64,000 nt of DNA, taken from positions 26,773-90,772 of the forward strand of contig JBKCLO010000032.1 in NCBI GenBank assembly GCA_046300675.1. Direction: 5' to 3'. A model generated the notes under the pieces. The model ran no database searches. It was not told the origin of the DNA and worked only from the letters and a program-made list of their open reading frames with translations. The stretch comes from Ignavibacteria bacterium. Its GTDB lineage: Bacteria > Bacteroidota > Ignavibacteria > Kapaibacteriales > Kapaibacteriaceae. Every line of letters starts with the position of its first letter. Positions within the stretch are counted from its first letter, which is position 1. This document shows, piece by piece, positions 1 through 9,514 of the stretch. A program made the position numbers and the translations under genes.

Positions 1-448
1 AAGCAACTGTTGTGCCGAGATCCGGACGCCTGATCTTACCGCCCTCATGTCCGGTACGCGCTGCCTGACCAAATGCGATGATGGCCAGTACCACGAAGGC
101 AAGTGTGAACTTCGGGGCCAACGCTGATTGCTTGCTGCGTGTAACAACTGCGCCAAGTGCGACTAGGCCCGACAATGATGTTAGCCACAATGACAATTCG
201 GCCATCTCTTCGTGCTCGTGTATCACCGACTCATTGACACCGGCTATGTTCTCGACACGTTCTTCTGCTTCTTCGCCACTGAGGTATGCCGGAACGACGG
301 CCACTGCCATCACGACATAGATGATAAGCCCGGCAGTAATAGCGCCATCATTCTTGCGCAACATCCCAAGAATCACTACAAGAAGTGCCGCCATTGTTCC
401 GATTATTGGCAAATGGTTCGTGAGCAAGTGCAGTTGCAATCCGTCCAT
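1..448 (-). CDS. Hypothetical multi-pass membrane protein (N-terminal part; ORF runs off the left window edge)
   Basis: Absent from the ORF track because the window edge truncates it. My own translation from the ATG at 448-446 gives MDGLQLHLLTNHLPIIGTMAALLVVILGML...LAFVVLAIIAFGQAARTGHEGGKIRRPDLG, with no stop down to position 1. It has about four hydrophobic helices. It starts 3 nt after the guaA stop, so it is probably co-transcribed. Confidence 0.55.
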   Translation of the reverse strand, partial: MDGLQLHLLTNHLPIIGTMAALLVVILGMLRKNDGAITAGLIIYVVMAVAVVPAYLSGEEAEERVENIAGVNESVIHEHEEMAELSLWLTSLSGLVALGAVVTRSKQSALAPKFTLAFVVLAIIAFGQAARTGHEGGKIRRPDLGTTVA

Positions 449-451
449 TGG

Positions 452-1993
452 TTATTCCCATTCGATAGTGGCAGGGGGCTTCGAGGAAATGTCGTACACA
501 ACACGATTGATGCCGCGTACCTCGTTGATGATGCGATTACTTATGCGTGCAAGTACATCATACGGCATGTGATACCAGTCGGCCGTCATACCGTCGGTAC
601 TCGTTACTGCACGAACACCACAGACGTGTTCATAGGTGCGTTCGTCTCCCATCACACCTACGGTCTGCACCGGCAAAAGCACGGCGAAAGCCTGCCAGAT
701 ATCGTTATAGAGCCCGGCCTTGCGAATCTCATCGAGATAGATCTCATCTGCTTCACGCAGAACGTCAAGTTTTTCGCGTGTGATAGCCCCAGGGATACGA
801 ATGGCTAGTCCTGGGCCTGGGAATGGGTGACGTTCAATGAACCACTCGGGGATGCCGAGCTCGCGTCCAACGCGCCGCACTTCGTCTTTAAAGAGCTCAC
901 GGAACGGTTCGATCAGCTGTAGGTTCATCTTCTCCGGCAAGCCCCCTACGTTGTGATGGGTCTTAATGGTTGCCGACGGACCTTTGATACTGACCGATTC
1001 GATTACATCTGGGTAAAGTGTGCCCTGCGCTAAGAACTTCGCATCAGAGAATTTCTTTGCTTCAACATCAAACAGATCGATGAACGCATTGCCGATGATC
1101 TTGCGCTTCTTTTCTGGATCATCAACGCCCTCAAGACGAGTTAGGAACGTCTCCGATCCATTAACAAGATCAACACTCATGCGAAAGTGGGTTTTGAACA
1201 TCTCAATGATGTTCGCACTCTCACCCTTGCGCATAAGTCCGCTGTCGATATGGATGCAATGGAGCTGATCGCCAATGGCCTTGTGCAGCAGAACGGCAGC
1301 AACTGTTGAATCAACACCACCACTAAGAGCACAGATCACGCCGCCATTACCAACACGATCACGAATCTCCTTGATCGCATTATCGATAAACGACGTTGCA
1401 TTCCATGTTGCCGCGCAGCCGCAGATATTCACGACGAAGTTTTTTAGGATCGTCTTGCCCTCTGTGCTGTGATGCACTTCTGGATGAAACTGCACACCCC
1501 AGATTCTGCGCTCTGTGTTGCGAACTGCGCAGATCTCTGCATTCTCGGTGTGACCTATGCGCTCAAAGCCGTCAGGAATTGCCGTGCAATGGTCACCATG
1601 ACTCATCCATACTTGCGTCTCCTGGCCAAGGCCGGCGAACAAGTCTGATGTATCGTCGATCTGTAGCATGGCACGTCCAAACTCACGACGCGCAGCTTTG
1701 TCTACAGAGCCCCCTAGCTGAAAGGCAATCAGCTGCAGACCGTAGCATATGCCAAGCACCGGCACACCGAACGAGAAGACATCCACGCTTGGTATCGGAG
1801 CGCCCTCGGCATACACGCTGGAGGGTCCGCCAGAGAGGATTATGCCCTTTGGCGCTAGCGCCGAGAGAGCTTCGTGAGAAATGCTGTAGGGATGGATCTC
1901 TGCATACACACCCACCTCGCGCACCTTGCGCGCAATGATCTGTGTGTACTGCGATCCGAAGTCAAGGATTACTATTCGCTCGTTGTGCGTCAT
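452..1993 (-). CDS. guaA: GMP synthase (glutamine-hydrolysing)
   Basis: Full-length match to the GuaA pattern. Class I amidotransferase N-terminus: [31 protein letters not shown]-pyrophosphatase motif: SGGVDSTV. Canonical C-terminus: PPATIEWE. I chose the ATG at 1993 ([13 protein letters not shown]) over the upstream ATG at 2014. Confidence 0.97.
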   Translation of the reverse strand: MTHNERIVILDFGSQYTQIIARKVREVGVYAEIHPYSISHEALSALAPKGIILSGGPSSVYAEGAPIPSVDVFSFGVPVLGICYGLQLIAFQLGGSVDKAARREFGRAMLQIDDTSDLFAGLGQETQVWMSHGDHCTAIPDGFERIGHTENAEICAVRNTERRIWGVQFHPEVHHSTEGKTILKNFVVNICGCAATWNATSFIDNAIKEIRDRVGNGGVICALSGGVDSTVAAVLLHKAIGDQLHCIHIDSGLMRKGESANIIEMFKTHFRMSVDLVNGSETFLTRLEGVDDPEKKRKIIGNAFIDLFDVEAKKFSDAKFLAQGTLYPDVIESVSIKGPSATIKTHHNVGGLPEKMNLQLIEPFRELFKDEVRRVGRELGIPEWFIERHPFPGPGLAIRIPGAITREKLDVLREADEIYLDEIRKAGLYNDIWQAFAVLLPVQTVGVMGDERTYEHVCGVRAVTSTDGMTADWYHMPYDVLARISNRIINEVRGINRVVYDISSKPPATIEWE

Positions 1994-2037
1994 GGACGCA
2001 AAACTACCACGCATTATCGAGGCAATTGTAACGGGGC

Positions 2038-3294
2038 TTATGTTTCAATGTAATCGAGATCTTTTCCGTAGGTCTCTTTCAGTGTTGCCCAGCCGATGAA
2101 GGCAAGCAGAAGCATTACGCCGCCCACGATGAGGGCAGCAGACACGAGTGGACGTCCCTCGATGAGAGGGGCGGCACTGTGCCGAAGAGCATTTAATGCT
2201 ACAAGCGCAGGGAACATTGCGCCCCGTACAAAGTTGGGGGCTGTTGTCGCGACGGTAGCGCGCAGGTTCGTTCCAAACTGCTCAGCGGCCGTGGTCACGA
2301 ACACAGCCCAGAAACCAGCAGCAAAGCCTAAGAGTCCAGTGTGCAGGTAGGTCTCCGTTGTCGTTCGTGACGGGCTGAATAGAAACCACGCCGACATACC
2401 AACGCAAAGAGTGATAAAGATGAGTACGGTTTTCCGTCTACTCTTGAGATACTGACTCAACAAGCCGCTTCCGAGATCTCCCGCTGCCATTCCAACATAG
2501 GCCCACATCACGGCCTGACCGGCATTCACGTCGAGTGAGCCCCCTAGCTCCTTGGTAAACTCCGGAGAAAACGTTACCAGGATTCCGATCACGAACCATA
2601 CTGGCAGGCCGATCAAGATCGAGCTGATGTATCGTGGAAGACGCTCCGGTTTGAGAAGCATGAAGAAGTTGCCCCGAGCGGCGGCTTTTTCGTTAAGCGC
2701 ATGGAACATCGTGGATTCACGCACACCAACGCGAAGAGCCAGAAGTGCTAAGCCTAAGACGCCACCTATCACAAAGGCAACCCGCCAGTCTGTCATTTCG
2801 TGGACCAAGTATGCACCTACCGCACCAAGAACACCCAGCGATGCCACAAACGTCGTCCCGAGACCACGAGTCTCCTTGGGCATGACCTCTGCCACCAGTG
2901 TGATAGCCACACCGAGTTCTCCGGCTAGACCAATACCCGAGAAGAACCGACACATGGCATACATGTCTACCGTGGTTACAAAGGCATTCACGATGTTCAT
3001 GAGTGAATACATCAAGATGCTGCCAAGCAGCACCGAGAGACGTCCACGCTTATCGGCCAAGATCCCAAAGATGATGCCACCAATGAGCATGCCGATCATC
3101 TGCGCATTGAGGATGTACTCACTGGCATTCATGATCTGTTCCGGGGTTACCAGGCCGATGTCGCCAAGCGAGGTTGGTCGAACAATGCTGAACAGGATCA
3201 GATCGTAGATATCAACAAAATATCCTAGGCCACAGACCAGAACCGTAAGCCATACGGATGCTGCTTTGCCTTTGTTATCAGATGCTAGTGCCAT
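2038..3294 (-). CDS. MFS transporter (substrate unknown)
   Basis: About 12 hydrophobic helices. MFS loop 2-3 signature [10 protein letters not shown] second half of similar topology. Confidence 0.88.
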   Translation of the reverse strand: MALASDNKGKAASVWLTVLVCGLGYFVDIYDLILFSIVRPTSLGDIGLVTPEQIMNASEYILNAQMIGMLIGGIIFGILADKRGRLSVLLGSILMYSLMNIVNAFVTTVDMYAMCRFFSGIGLAGELGVAITLVAEVMPKETRGLGTTFVASLGVLGAVGAYLVHEMTDWRVAFVIGGVLGLALLALRVGVRESTMFHALNEKAAARGNFFMLLKPERLPRYISSILIGLPVWFVIGILVTFSPEFTKELGGSLDVNAGQAVMWAYVGMAAGDLGSGLLSQYLKSRRKTVLIFITLCVGMSAWFLFSPSRTTTETYLHTGLLGFAAGFWAVFVTTAAEQFGTNLRATVATTAPNFVRGAMFPALVALNALRHSAAPLIEGRPLVSAALIVGGVMLLLAFIGWATLKETYGKDLDYIET

Positions 3295-3309
3295 AAACCG
3301 ATTCGTTCG

Positions 3310-3720
3310 TTAGAGATCGTTTGGACCAAATGCGCGCGGAAGGAGCTCGTTAAGACTTGACCACAGGTCGTCTCGACGGGGTGTTGTGCAGAGTATGGGC
3401 ATGTGCGGATTGCATTCAGAGAGTACCTGACGGCACGCACCGCATGGAGAGGCGGCCGCTGGTGTGTCGGTTACAACAACACAGAGCACAATATCCCTGC
3501 GTCCAGCAGATGTTGCTGCTGCCACAGCAGCTCTCTCGGCACAATTGGTGAGTCCGTAGCTTGCATTCTCTACGTTACACCCAACATAGACATTGCCATC
3601 ACTGTCAACAAGTGCAGCACCTACAAGGAACTTGGAGTAGGGGGCATATGCATTTTGACGCACGCGCAGTGCTTCTGCAACTGCGCGTTCGATAGTTTCG
3701 TGTGAGATGTTGTGCTGCAT
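3310..3720 (-). CDS. cdd: Cytidine deaminase (small homotetrameric type)
   Basis: 136 aa. Zinc-binding motifs CAERAA and PCGACRQ at the typical spacing. Confidence 0.92.
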   Translation of the reverse strand: MQHNISHETIERAVAEALRVRQNAYAPYSKFLVGAALVDSDGNVYVGCNVENASYGLTNCAERAAVAAATSAGRRDIVLCVVVTDTPAAASPCGACRQVLSECNPHMPILCTTPRRDDLWSSLNELLPRAFGPNDL

Positions 3721-3739
3721 GCCGCTTCGAATCTACTGT

Positions 3740-4624
3740 ATGGAACTGACACAAACACTTCTGAAATGGTACAAACACTGTGCAAGGGTTTTTCCCTGGC
3801 GCACTGAAGCGGTAGATCCATACGTTGTCTTGATCTCTGAGACGATGCTTCAGCAAACGCAGACCTCGCGCGTTGCAGAGCGCTTGCCGATGTTTCTTCA
3901 GGCATTCCCAAGGATCGAAGATCTTGCGCAGGCCTCTAACGGAACCATGTTGCGACAGTGGCAGGGCATGGGCTACAACTCCCGCGCATTGCGCTTGCGC
4001 GACGCCGCACAGGCGATCGTTGAGCAGCACGGGGGCATCATACCATCGGATGTTGCGTTGCTCCTACGTCTGCCGGGCGTAGGACCATACACATCGGCCG
4101 CAATTGCATGTTTTGCATACAACAAACGCGAGGTTGTGCTCGATGTAAACGTCAGGCGCGTGTACTCACGATTGATAACACGTCAGGCAACAACAATTGA
4201 TGTCGAATCGGACGATGTTCTTACTGCATTTGCCGAGCAGGTCATCCCGGCTCGCAGGGCTGCCCAGTGGCATCATGCTGTGATGGATCTCGGAGCTACG
4301 ATCTGCACAGCACGTTCTCCGAAGTGCGATGCATGCCCCCTGTCTACACTTTGTCCGTCTGCGTTTGTTATGAAGCCTGCAACCAAGCAGAAGTTGCAGG
4401 AACCGATGTTTCGAGATCAGCCGCAGCGTATCTGGCGTGGGCGCATTGTCGAGGCCCTGCGCGGCGTTGAACAGGGAAACGTGATCACGATATCAGCGCT
4501 ACGCAAGCGTATACTGGGTTCTCATACAGCAGATGAGTCTGTATGGTTCGACTCTGTCCTTGCCGCACTTGCCCGCAGCGGTCACGTTACTTGTTCGGGT
4601 CGACAGATTCGTCTGGCTGATTGA
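3740..4624 (+). CDS. mutY: A/G-specific adenine glycosylase-like HhH-GPD base-excision enzyme (short MutY type)
   Basis: LLKWYKHCARVFPWR...PYVVLISETMLQQTQ matches the MutY N-terminus. HhH segment LPGVGPYTSAAI. 4Fe-4S loop CTARSPKCDACPLSTLC. I chose the ATG at 3740 (MELTQTLL). The track start at 3707 would overlap the divergent cdd start. Confidence 0.83.
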   Translation: MELTQTLLKWYKHCARVFPWRTEAVDPYVVLISETMLQQTQTSRVAERLPMFLQAFPRIEDLAQASNGTMLRQWQGMGYNSRALRLRDAAQAIVEQHGGIIPSDVALLLRLPGVGPYTSAAIACFAYNKREVVLDVNVRRVYSRLITRQATTIDVESDDVLTAFAEQVIPARRAAQWHHAVMDLGATICTARSPKCDACPLSTLCPSAFVMKPATKQKLQEPMFRDQPQRIWRGRIVEALRGVEQGNVITISALRKRILGSHTADESVWFDSVLAALARSGHVTCSGRQIRLAD

Positions 4625-5900
4625 TCGTGTAAGCGATTCCCAACGACACGATGTCAAATGTGCTGAAGTTCATGTCGAGTGCCGCACGCCACGGGCCAAC
4701 GTGCGCACTTATGCCGAAGGAGTATTTGAAGTTGATGTTTTCGGCCAACACCGTCGAGCTCTGCGGACGCTGGTCGCCGGGCTGATCGGGCGTAGGAACG
4801 GCTTTTTGTCCGAGAGGGGGCTCGGGAAGCAAACCAAGTTGGATCTGTGTCTCTTGCGGGAGTGTATAGGTGTAGGTTGACGTAACATCAATGTGCTCGT
4901 ACGAAAATGCTGAGTACACATCAACATGTTTACCAAGCTGTTTGCCGAGTTGTACGTTGGCACTCATGATGGTGGCATCTGCTGCCAGTTTAGACTCGGT
5001 AAGACCGATGGTGTTCGTCAGCGACGTGTGCTGGTAAACCCCCTGGATGGAGCAATCAAACCAACGCTGCGGAAAGTATTGCGAGATGCTGTGGCGCAGC
5101 CCTACACCATAGAACGAGAAGTCACCCACGTTGGTATCAAATTTTACAGGCGGTACAAATCGCAGAAGCAGCTCTGTACCGTAAAGCGAACCGATCTCGA
5201 TCTGGGGCACAGCTGCAATCAGCCGCGACAAGTTGGCGCCAGGCGGAAGCGTTAGGGCAGGTGGCAGTGAGAGATTGGCAAGAAGAGAATCTATTCCCGC
5301 CGTAGCTCCGAACTGCTCAAGCAGAGCATACTCTGGACGTTTACGCAGCACTGTAGAAAGGTCTCCTTTTGTCGGAAGCACAACGGCATTACCCGGAGCA
5401 TTGCCAAACAACGATGCCGCGCGGGATGGAATCCCGAAATAGCCCTGTTCGAGTGCGTCGCGCAGAAGCTCTTTCATGAGCAGTGTTGAAAGACCCAGGG
5501 TGTCTTCGTATCTGCTCCCGATCACATAGGTCTGACGTCCGTCTACGATAGCGATCTGACCATACTTATCAAGGTTTGCCAGGATGTTTTCATGTGGGCC
5601 AAGATCGAGGCTTGGAGTATACCACTTGAGATCCTCATTGATCAAGCCAGCCATTCCGTTGACGCTGATACGCACATAGGCCTTACTAACCTTCTTGGGC
5701 ACGTATGCACTGCTGAAGAAGCGTGCATTTGAAGTCGCATTGATCGTATTGACCATCGGCTGAACGAACGGCACAGCATTACTCTCAAAGACGTCTTTGA
5801 GGATCACACGTGTTAGATCAACAGCAAGTGGATTGTACTTCGGCTGCGCATTCAACACAAGAGTGCAGCCTACCAGCAGTGCAAGGATGTGTTTAATCAT
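4587..5900 (-). CDS. Secreted / outer-membrane-associated protein of unknown function
   Basis: Signal peptide MIKHILALLVGCTLVLNA followed by Q. Alternating beta-strand-like C-terminal half. Its start overlaps the stop of the upstream microprotein gene by 4 nt. I recognised no family. Confidence 0.7.
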   Translation of the reverse strand: MIKHILALLVGCTLVLNAQPKYNPLAVDLTRVILKDVFESNAVPFVQPMVNTINATSNARFFSSAYVPKKVSKAYVRISVNGMAGLINEDLKWYTPSLDLGPHENILANLDKYGQIAIVDGRQTYVIGSRYEDTLGLSTLLMKELLRDALEQGYFGIPSRAASLFGNAPGNAVVLPTKGDLSTVLRKRPEYALLEQFGATAGIDSLLANLSLPPALTLPPGANLSRLIAAVPQIEIGSLYGTELLLRFVPPVKFDTNVGDFSFYGVGLRHSISQYFPQRWFDCSIQGVYQHTSLTNTIGLTESKLAADATIMSANVQLGKQLGKHVDVYSAFSYEHIDVTSTYTYTLPQETQIQLGLLPEPPLGQKAVPTPDQPGDQRPQSSTVLAENINFKYSFGISAHVGPWRAALDMNFSTFDIVSLGIAYTINQPDESVDPNK

Positions 5901-6088
5901 TTCGATGACAGAAGTTTATGACGTAGATACAGGAAGAATGGAACTGCTATCAGGCCGATCAATGCGACTTTGACCAGGAACATTGTGACCTTGAACACAA
6001 GACTTAGTACCATTGAGAGTATGCTCCACACCACCATTGCGGCAATGATGGCGATGACTGCTAAACCGATTGTTTTTAGGAGCTTCAT
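5897..6088 (-). CDS. Small (63 aa) two-helix membrane protein
   Basis: Almost entirely hydrophobic, with a basic tail: ...IGLIAVPFFLYLRHKLLSSK. It has 4-nt ATGA-type overlaps with both neighbours, which suggests translational coupling. Confidence 0.55.
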   Translation of the reverse strand: MKLLKTIGLAVIAIIAAMVVWSILSMVLSLVFKVTMFLVKVALIGLIAVPFFLYLRHKLLSSK

Positions 6089-7395
6089 GAAGTTACCTTG
6101 GTGAGAATTCGTCCGAGTTCTTTGGCTGATTCTTTTCGTTCATACTTGGCTATCACATCGTGCAGCGGTGTGGTACAATCCAGTCCGCTCTTCCAGCGCT
6201 CAATGAAGGTCGAGATAATCTCAGCAATAGCCTCGATATCCTCCAACGGTGCACTGCGGCCAGCCTGGGTCTCGTCCAATAGACGCGCAATAGCGCTCCC
6301 TCGTGGAGCAAGTGCGATCACCGGACGTCCAACGCCGAGATATTCATAGACCTTTCCAGGCACGATCTCTGCACTTTCCTTTGTATCATCTACGATCAAA
6401 AGCGATGCTTCCGACCGCATCAGATACCCCACACTCTGCTCGTGCGGCACATACGAGATCTTCTCTATGCAGGGGGCAAATGGTGATGAGTCCATCATAG
6501 CATGTATCTCGTCGCCAAAGCGGCCCACGAAGCGTAAATGCACATCTTGGGGCAACACCAGCCCCTTGTCATTCAAACGCGCCAGAGCGTCCAGAAAAGC
6601 CCTTGGCGTGCGTCTTCCGTACATCGAGCCCGTGTAGGTAATGGTAAACCGTTCATTGCGGGAATACTGAACCTGCGGAAAGTCGGCAGAATCAAACCCA
6701 TTGGGCACGTGGTAGAACTTCGACCTGTCAAGATGCGGGTACTTCCTGAATGCATCGTCAGCGATTCCCGTCCACGCACACTCTATCGCATCGGCCTCGT
6801 TAAACACCGAGCGTTCAAGAGCATGATCGATGGCAGCTGGCAGAAACCACCTATCCGGCGTTGTCAGGAAATCCGTCCACGGATCTCGAAACCCGGCAAC
6901 CCAGGGTAGCTTGGTTTTGCGTTTGATCGAGCGTGCTATAAGTGCACATGTGTACGGAGGGGCCGAGCTGTAGATCGCATCGATATTGTATTGTGTGCAG
7001 AGCTCAACGCCCCGTTTCACGGCCGTTAGCAGCCAGCCCACGCGTGCATCGGGAATAAACAGTGTTGCGCGGATGAACTCTGCAAGACGTTCTTTCCAGC
7101 CGGAGCGTTGGTCGCTGGATTTGTTTACGTTGACGTCGATGGCGGCACCTTTTGCGCCCATGAACGAGCGATAAAGGGAATACGGTTCAAGGATTGGCAC
7201 ACGCACAACTGTTACATCCGAGGGGATCTTCGCAAGAAGTGATTCATCGCGTGCCGGGAAGTCGCCGTTCTCGACGGTCATCACGATCGGACGCCAGCCG
7301 GCATCGCGCAGGTACGTTACGTGTTTAAGTACGCGCTGCACACCTGGTCCGCCCCCTGGCGGAAAGTGATACGCTACCACAAGCACGGTCTTCAT
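6085..7395 (-). CDS. Glycosyltransferase, GT-B fold (GT4-like)
   Basis: N-terminus VLVVAYHFPPGGGPGVQRVLKHVTYL is typical of GT4-type enzymes. The C-terminal half has the E-x7-E-like region PGKVYEYLGVGRPVIAL. Confidence 0.8.
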   Translation of the reverse strand: MKTVLVVAYHFPPGGGPGVQRVLKHVTYLRDAGWRPIVMTVENGDFPARDESLLAKIPSDVTVVRVPILEPYSLYRSFMGAKGAAIDVNVNKSSDQRSGWKERLAEFIRATLFIPDARVGWLLTAVKRGVELCTQYNIDAIYSSAPPYTCALIARSIKRKTKLPWVAGFRDPWTDFLTTPDRWFLPAAIDHALERSVFNEADAIECAWTGIADDAFRKYPHLDRSKFYHVPNGFDSADFPQVQYSRNERFTITYTGSMYGRRTPRAFLDALARLNDKGLVLPQDVHLRFVGRFGDEIHAMMDSSPFAPCIEKISYVPHEQSVGYLMRSEASLLIVDDTKESAEIVPGKVYEYLGVGRPVIALAPRGSAIARLLDETQAGRSAPLEDIEAIAEIISTFIERWKSGLDCTTPLHDVIAKYERKESAKELGRILTKVTS

Positions 7396-8240
7396 CGCGG
7401 TACCTGCAGCACAAATGCTGCCTCCATTGCCATCGACTTCATGCCGGGAAGAGATGCAAGTGCGCCTAACTCAAAGCTTGGGATGGAACGCTGGTACTTC
7501 CAGCGAAACACTGGACGTAGTCCGAAGTACCGCTGGTCGAGAATTGCAAGACCGGCTCGCGAAGCGGCCTGCATAACCTTCTGCGCAGAGCAACGAATTG
7601 TATGCAGACGTTCAACTTCTTCTTGGTTTACGGGATCACCCTTGCGCACCATGGGGCCAAAGATGCTCCATGGAAGCAGGTGCACAAACGGCAGAGCGCC
7701 TGCCTTTGTGCCCAGCAGTTGCTGATGTCCGCCGAATGGCGACGTATACGGCGGAAACGTTACGAGCACAACACCGCCGGGCTTCATGATCCGTGCGATG
7801 TTCTTCAGTGCGATGCCGGCATCATCGAGATGCTCGATCACATCACGCAGAAGAACAACATCGAAGCGATGCTGCCATGCTTGTGGGATCTCGTCGTAGA
7901 TCACATCGTGCTGCGTAAACGTGATGGCATAGCCAAGTTCATTCCAGACTGGCGTGCTGACGATCCGCAGCAGTGGCTCTTGAATATCAGTGCCCAGGGC
8001 AAAGGATGCACCGTGGTCTGCAAATGCTGCAAGTACGCCTCCTTCGGCGCAACCAATCTCGCAGACAGCTGCATTGGGAGGAAGTGCTCCCAATTGCTGC
8101 AGCCACGGAATCAGTGTGTGCTGCGCAAGGCGATACTGCATGCGGATGTTGCGCTTCGTGCGTGGAAGCAGATCCATCTGCTCCGATCGCACAACGGGAT
8201 CTTGTGGGGTAGTTGCCATCGTCTCAAAAATAGCACGCAT
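7392..8240 (-). CDS. Class I SAM-dependent methyltransferase
   Basis: Motif I VCEIGCAEGGVLAAF, an acidic residue at GTDI, and post-II LLRDVIEHL. It overlaps the GT4 start by 4 nt. Confidence 0.85.
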   Translation of the reverse strand: MRAIFETMATTPQDPVVRSEQMDLLPRTKRNIRMQYRLAQHTLIPWLQQLGALPPNAAVCEIGCAEGGVLAAFADHGASFALGTDIQEPLLRIVSTPVWNELGYAITFTQHDVIYDEIPQAWQHRFDVVLLRDVIEHLDDAGIALKNIARIMKPGGVVLVTFPPYTSPFGGHQQLLGTKAGALPFVHLLPWSIFGPMVRKGDPVNQEEVERLHTIRCSAQKVMQAASRAGLAILDQRYFGLRPVFRWKYQRSIPSFELGALASLPGMKSMAMEAAFVLQVPR

Positions 8241-8266
8241 ATCACGCGTATCTTTGTGCCCTAGCC

Positions 8267-9268
8267 ATGAAGTACTCCATCATTGTTGCTGTATTCAACC
8301 GTCCGGATGAATTGCGCGAGCTCTTAGAGAGCCTTACAACGCAGACGTACACCGACTTTGAGGTCGTGATCGTAGAGGATGGATCGTCCATCGCGTCGAA
8401 GGACGTGTGCCAGGAGTATGCGAACAGACTTGCGATGTCATACTTCTTCAAAGACAATTCGGGTCCGGGTCCGTCCCGTAACTACGGATGTCGCAGGGCA
8501 TCGGGAGACTACTTTATGTTCATCGATTCGGACTGCACGGTGCCCCCTCACTACATGCAGGCCATCGATGATGCGGTTACCAGCAAGAAGTTGGATGCTT
8601 TTGGCGGACCCGACAGAGAGCACACATCGTTTACGCCTACGCAGAAGGCCATCAGCTATGCCATGACGTCGCTATTAACCACAGGCGGCATTCGCGGCAG
8701 CAAGGTAAGGGTCGGGGGGGTGTTTCACCCTCGTTCGTTCAACATGGGTATCTCAAGAGAGATCTTCAACGAAACCGACGGCTTCTCAAAAATGCGCTTC
8801 GGTGAAGATGTTGAGTTTTCCATCCGTATGATGGAAGGGGGCTACAATGTTCAGCTCATCCCGGACGCATGGGTGTATCATAAGCGTCGCACAGATCTGA
8901 AGAAGTTCTTTAAGCAGGTTCATAACAGCGGAATCGCCCGCATCAATATTACGTTGCGTCATCCCAACACTCTCAAGCTGACGCATTTCTTTCCTGCTGC
9001 ATTTACTGCTATGCTGGTGGTGGCTCTCTACATGGCCATCATGGTAGAAAGCGGATGGATTGCTCTGTTAGTCCCGGCTTCGTATACTCTCGGCATCCTC
9101 ATCGATGCCGGCATCAAATACAGGTCTGCAGCACTCGCACTGCGGTGCATTGCAGCATCCTACGTGCAACTTGTAAGCTACGGAACCGGATTTGTTCGCG
9201 GGATCATCTGGCGTATAATTCTCAACAAGCCCGAGCAAGGGGCTTTTGAGAAAACCTTCTACAAGTAG
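8267..9268 (+). CDS. Glycosyltransferase family 2 with C-terminal membrane helices
   Basis: YSIIVAVFNRPDELRELLESL...FEVVIVEDGS and the FIDSDC (DxD) motif. Hydrophobic C-terminal third. Confidence 0.9.
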   Translation: MKYSIIVAVFNRPDELRELLESLTTQTYTDFEVVIVEDGSSIASKDVCQEYANRLAMSYFFKDNSGPGPSRNYGCRRASGDYFMFIDSDCTVPPHYMQAIDDAVTSKKLDAFGGPDREHTSFTPTQKAISYAMTSLLTTGGIRGSKVRVGGVFHPRSFNMGISREIFNETDGFSKMRFGEDVEFSIRMMEGGYNVQLIPDAWVYHKRRTDLKKFFKQVHNSGIARINITLRHPNTLKLTHFFPAAFTAMLVVALYMAIMVESGWIALLVPASYTLGILIDAGIKYRSAALALRCIAASYVQLVSYGTGFVRGIIWRIILNKPEQGAFEKTFYK

Positions 9269-9495
9269 TTCTCCAGGCTGTCATCATCCCAGAGATCGTA
9301 CAGCAGCCCCATGGCGCTCTTGCCAATCCCATGGAGAGCGCGCACCTCATCGATCGTGTGCATTTTCAGGTGCTTCTCGTTAAAGATGCCGGCTTTGATC
9401 AGTGCTCTGCGTGCGGGAGCAGCCAGACCATGGTTGCGCCATACTTCGTCGTGAAGTTCGTAGTTCTTGTGGTCTTCCTGTTCGGCGGTGCTCAT
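9259..9495 (-). CDS. Small hypothetical protein with a helix-hairpin-helix-like segment
   Basis: 78 aa. LHGIGKSAMGLL resembles an HhH motif. There is no other support. Its 3' end overlaps the convergent GT2 gene by 10 nt. Confidence 0.45.
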   Translation of the reverse strand: MSTAEQEDHKNYELHDEVWRNHGLAAPARRALIKAGIFNEKHLKMHTIDEVRALHGIGKSAMGLLYDLWDDDSLENYL

Positions 9496-9514
9496 TCGTG
9501 ATGCGTCCTAGAGT

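Noticed and set aside
78-808. Plus-strand ORFs 78-320, 212-808, 321-572 and 547-783.
   Set aside because: They lie antisense to, or overlap, the clearly recognisable guaA gene and the truncated membrane-protein gene. Their translations are low-complexity with no motifs. They are shadow ORFs.
3707-3739. The track start for the mutY-like gene at 3707.
   Set aside because: It would overlap the divergent cdd start codon region by 14 nt. The ATG at 3740 gives the conserved MutY N-terminus (MELTQTLLKWY...).
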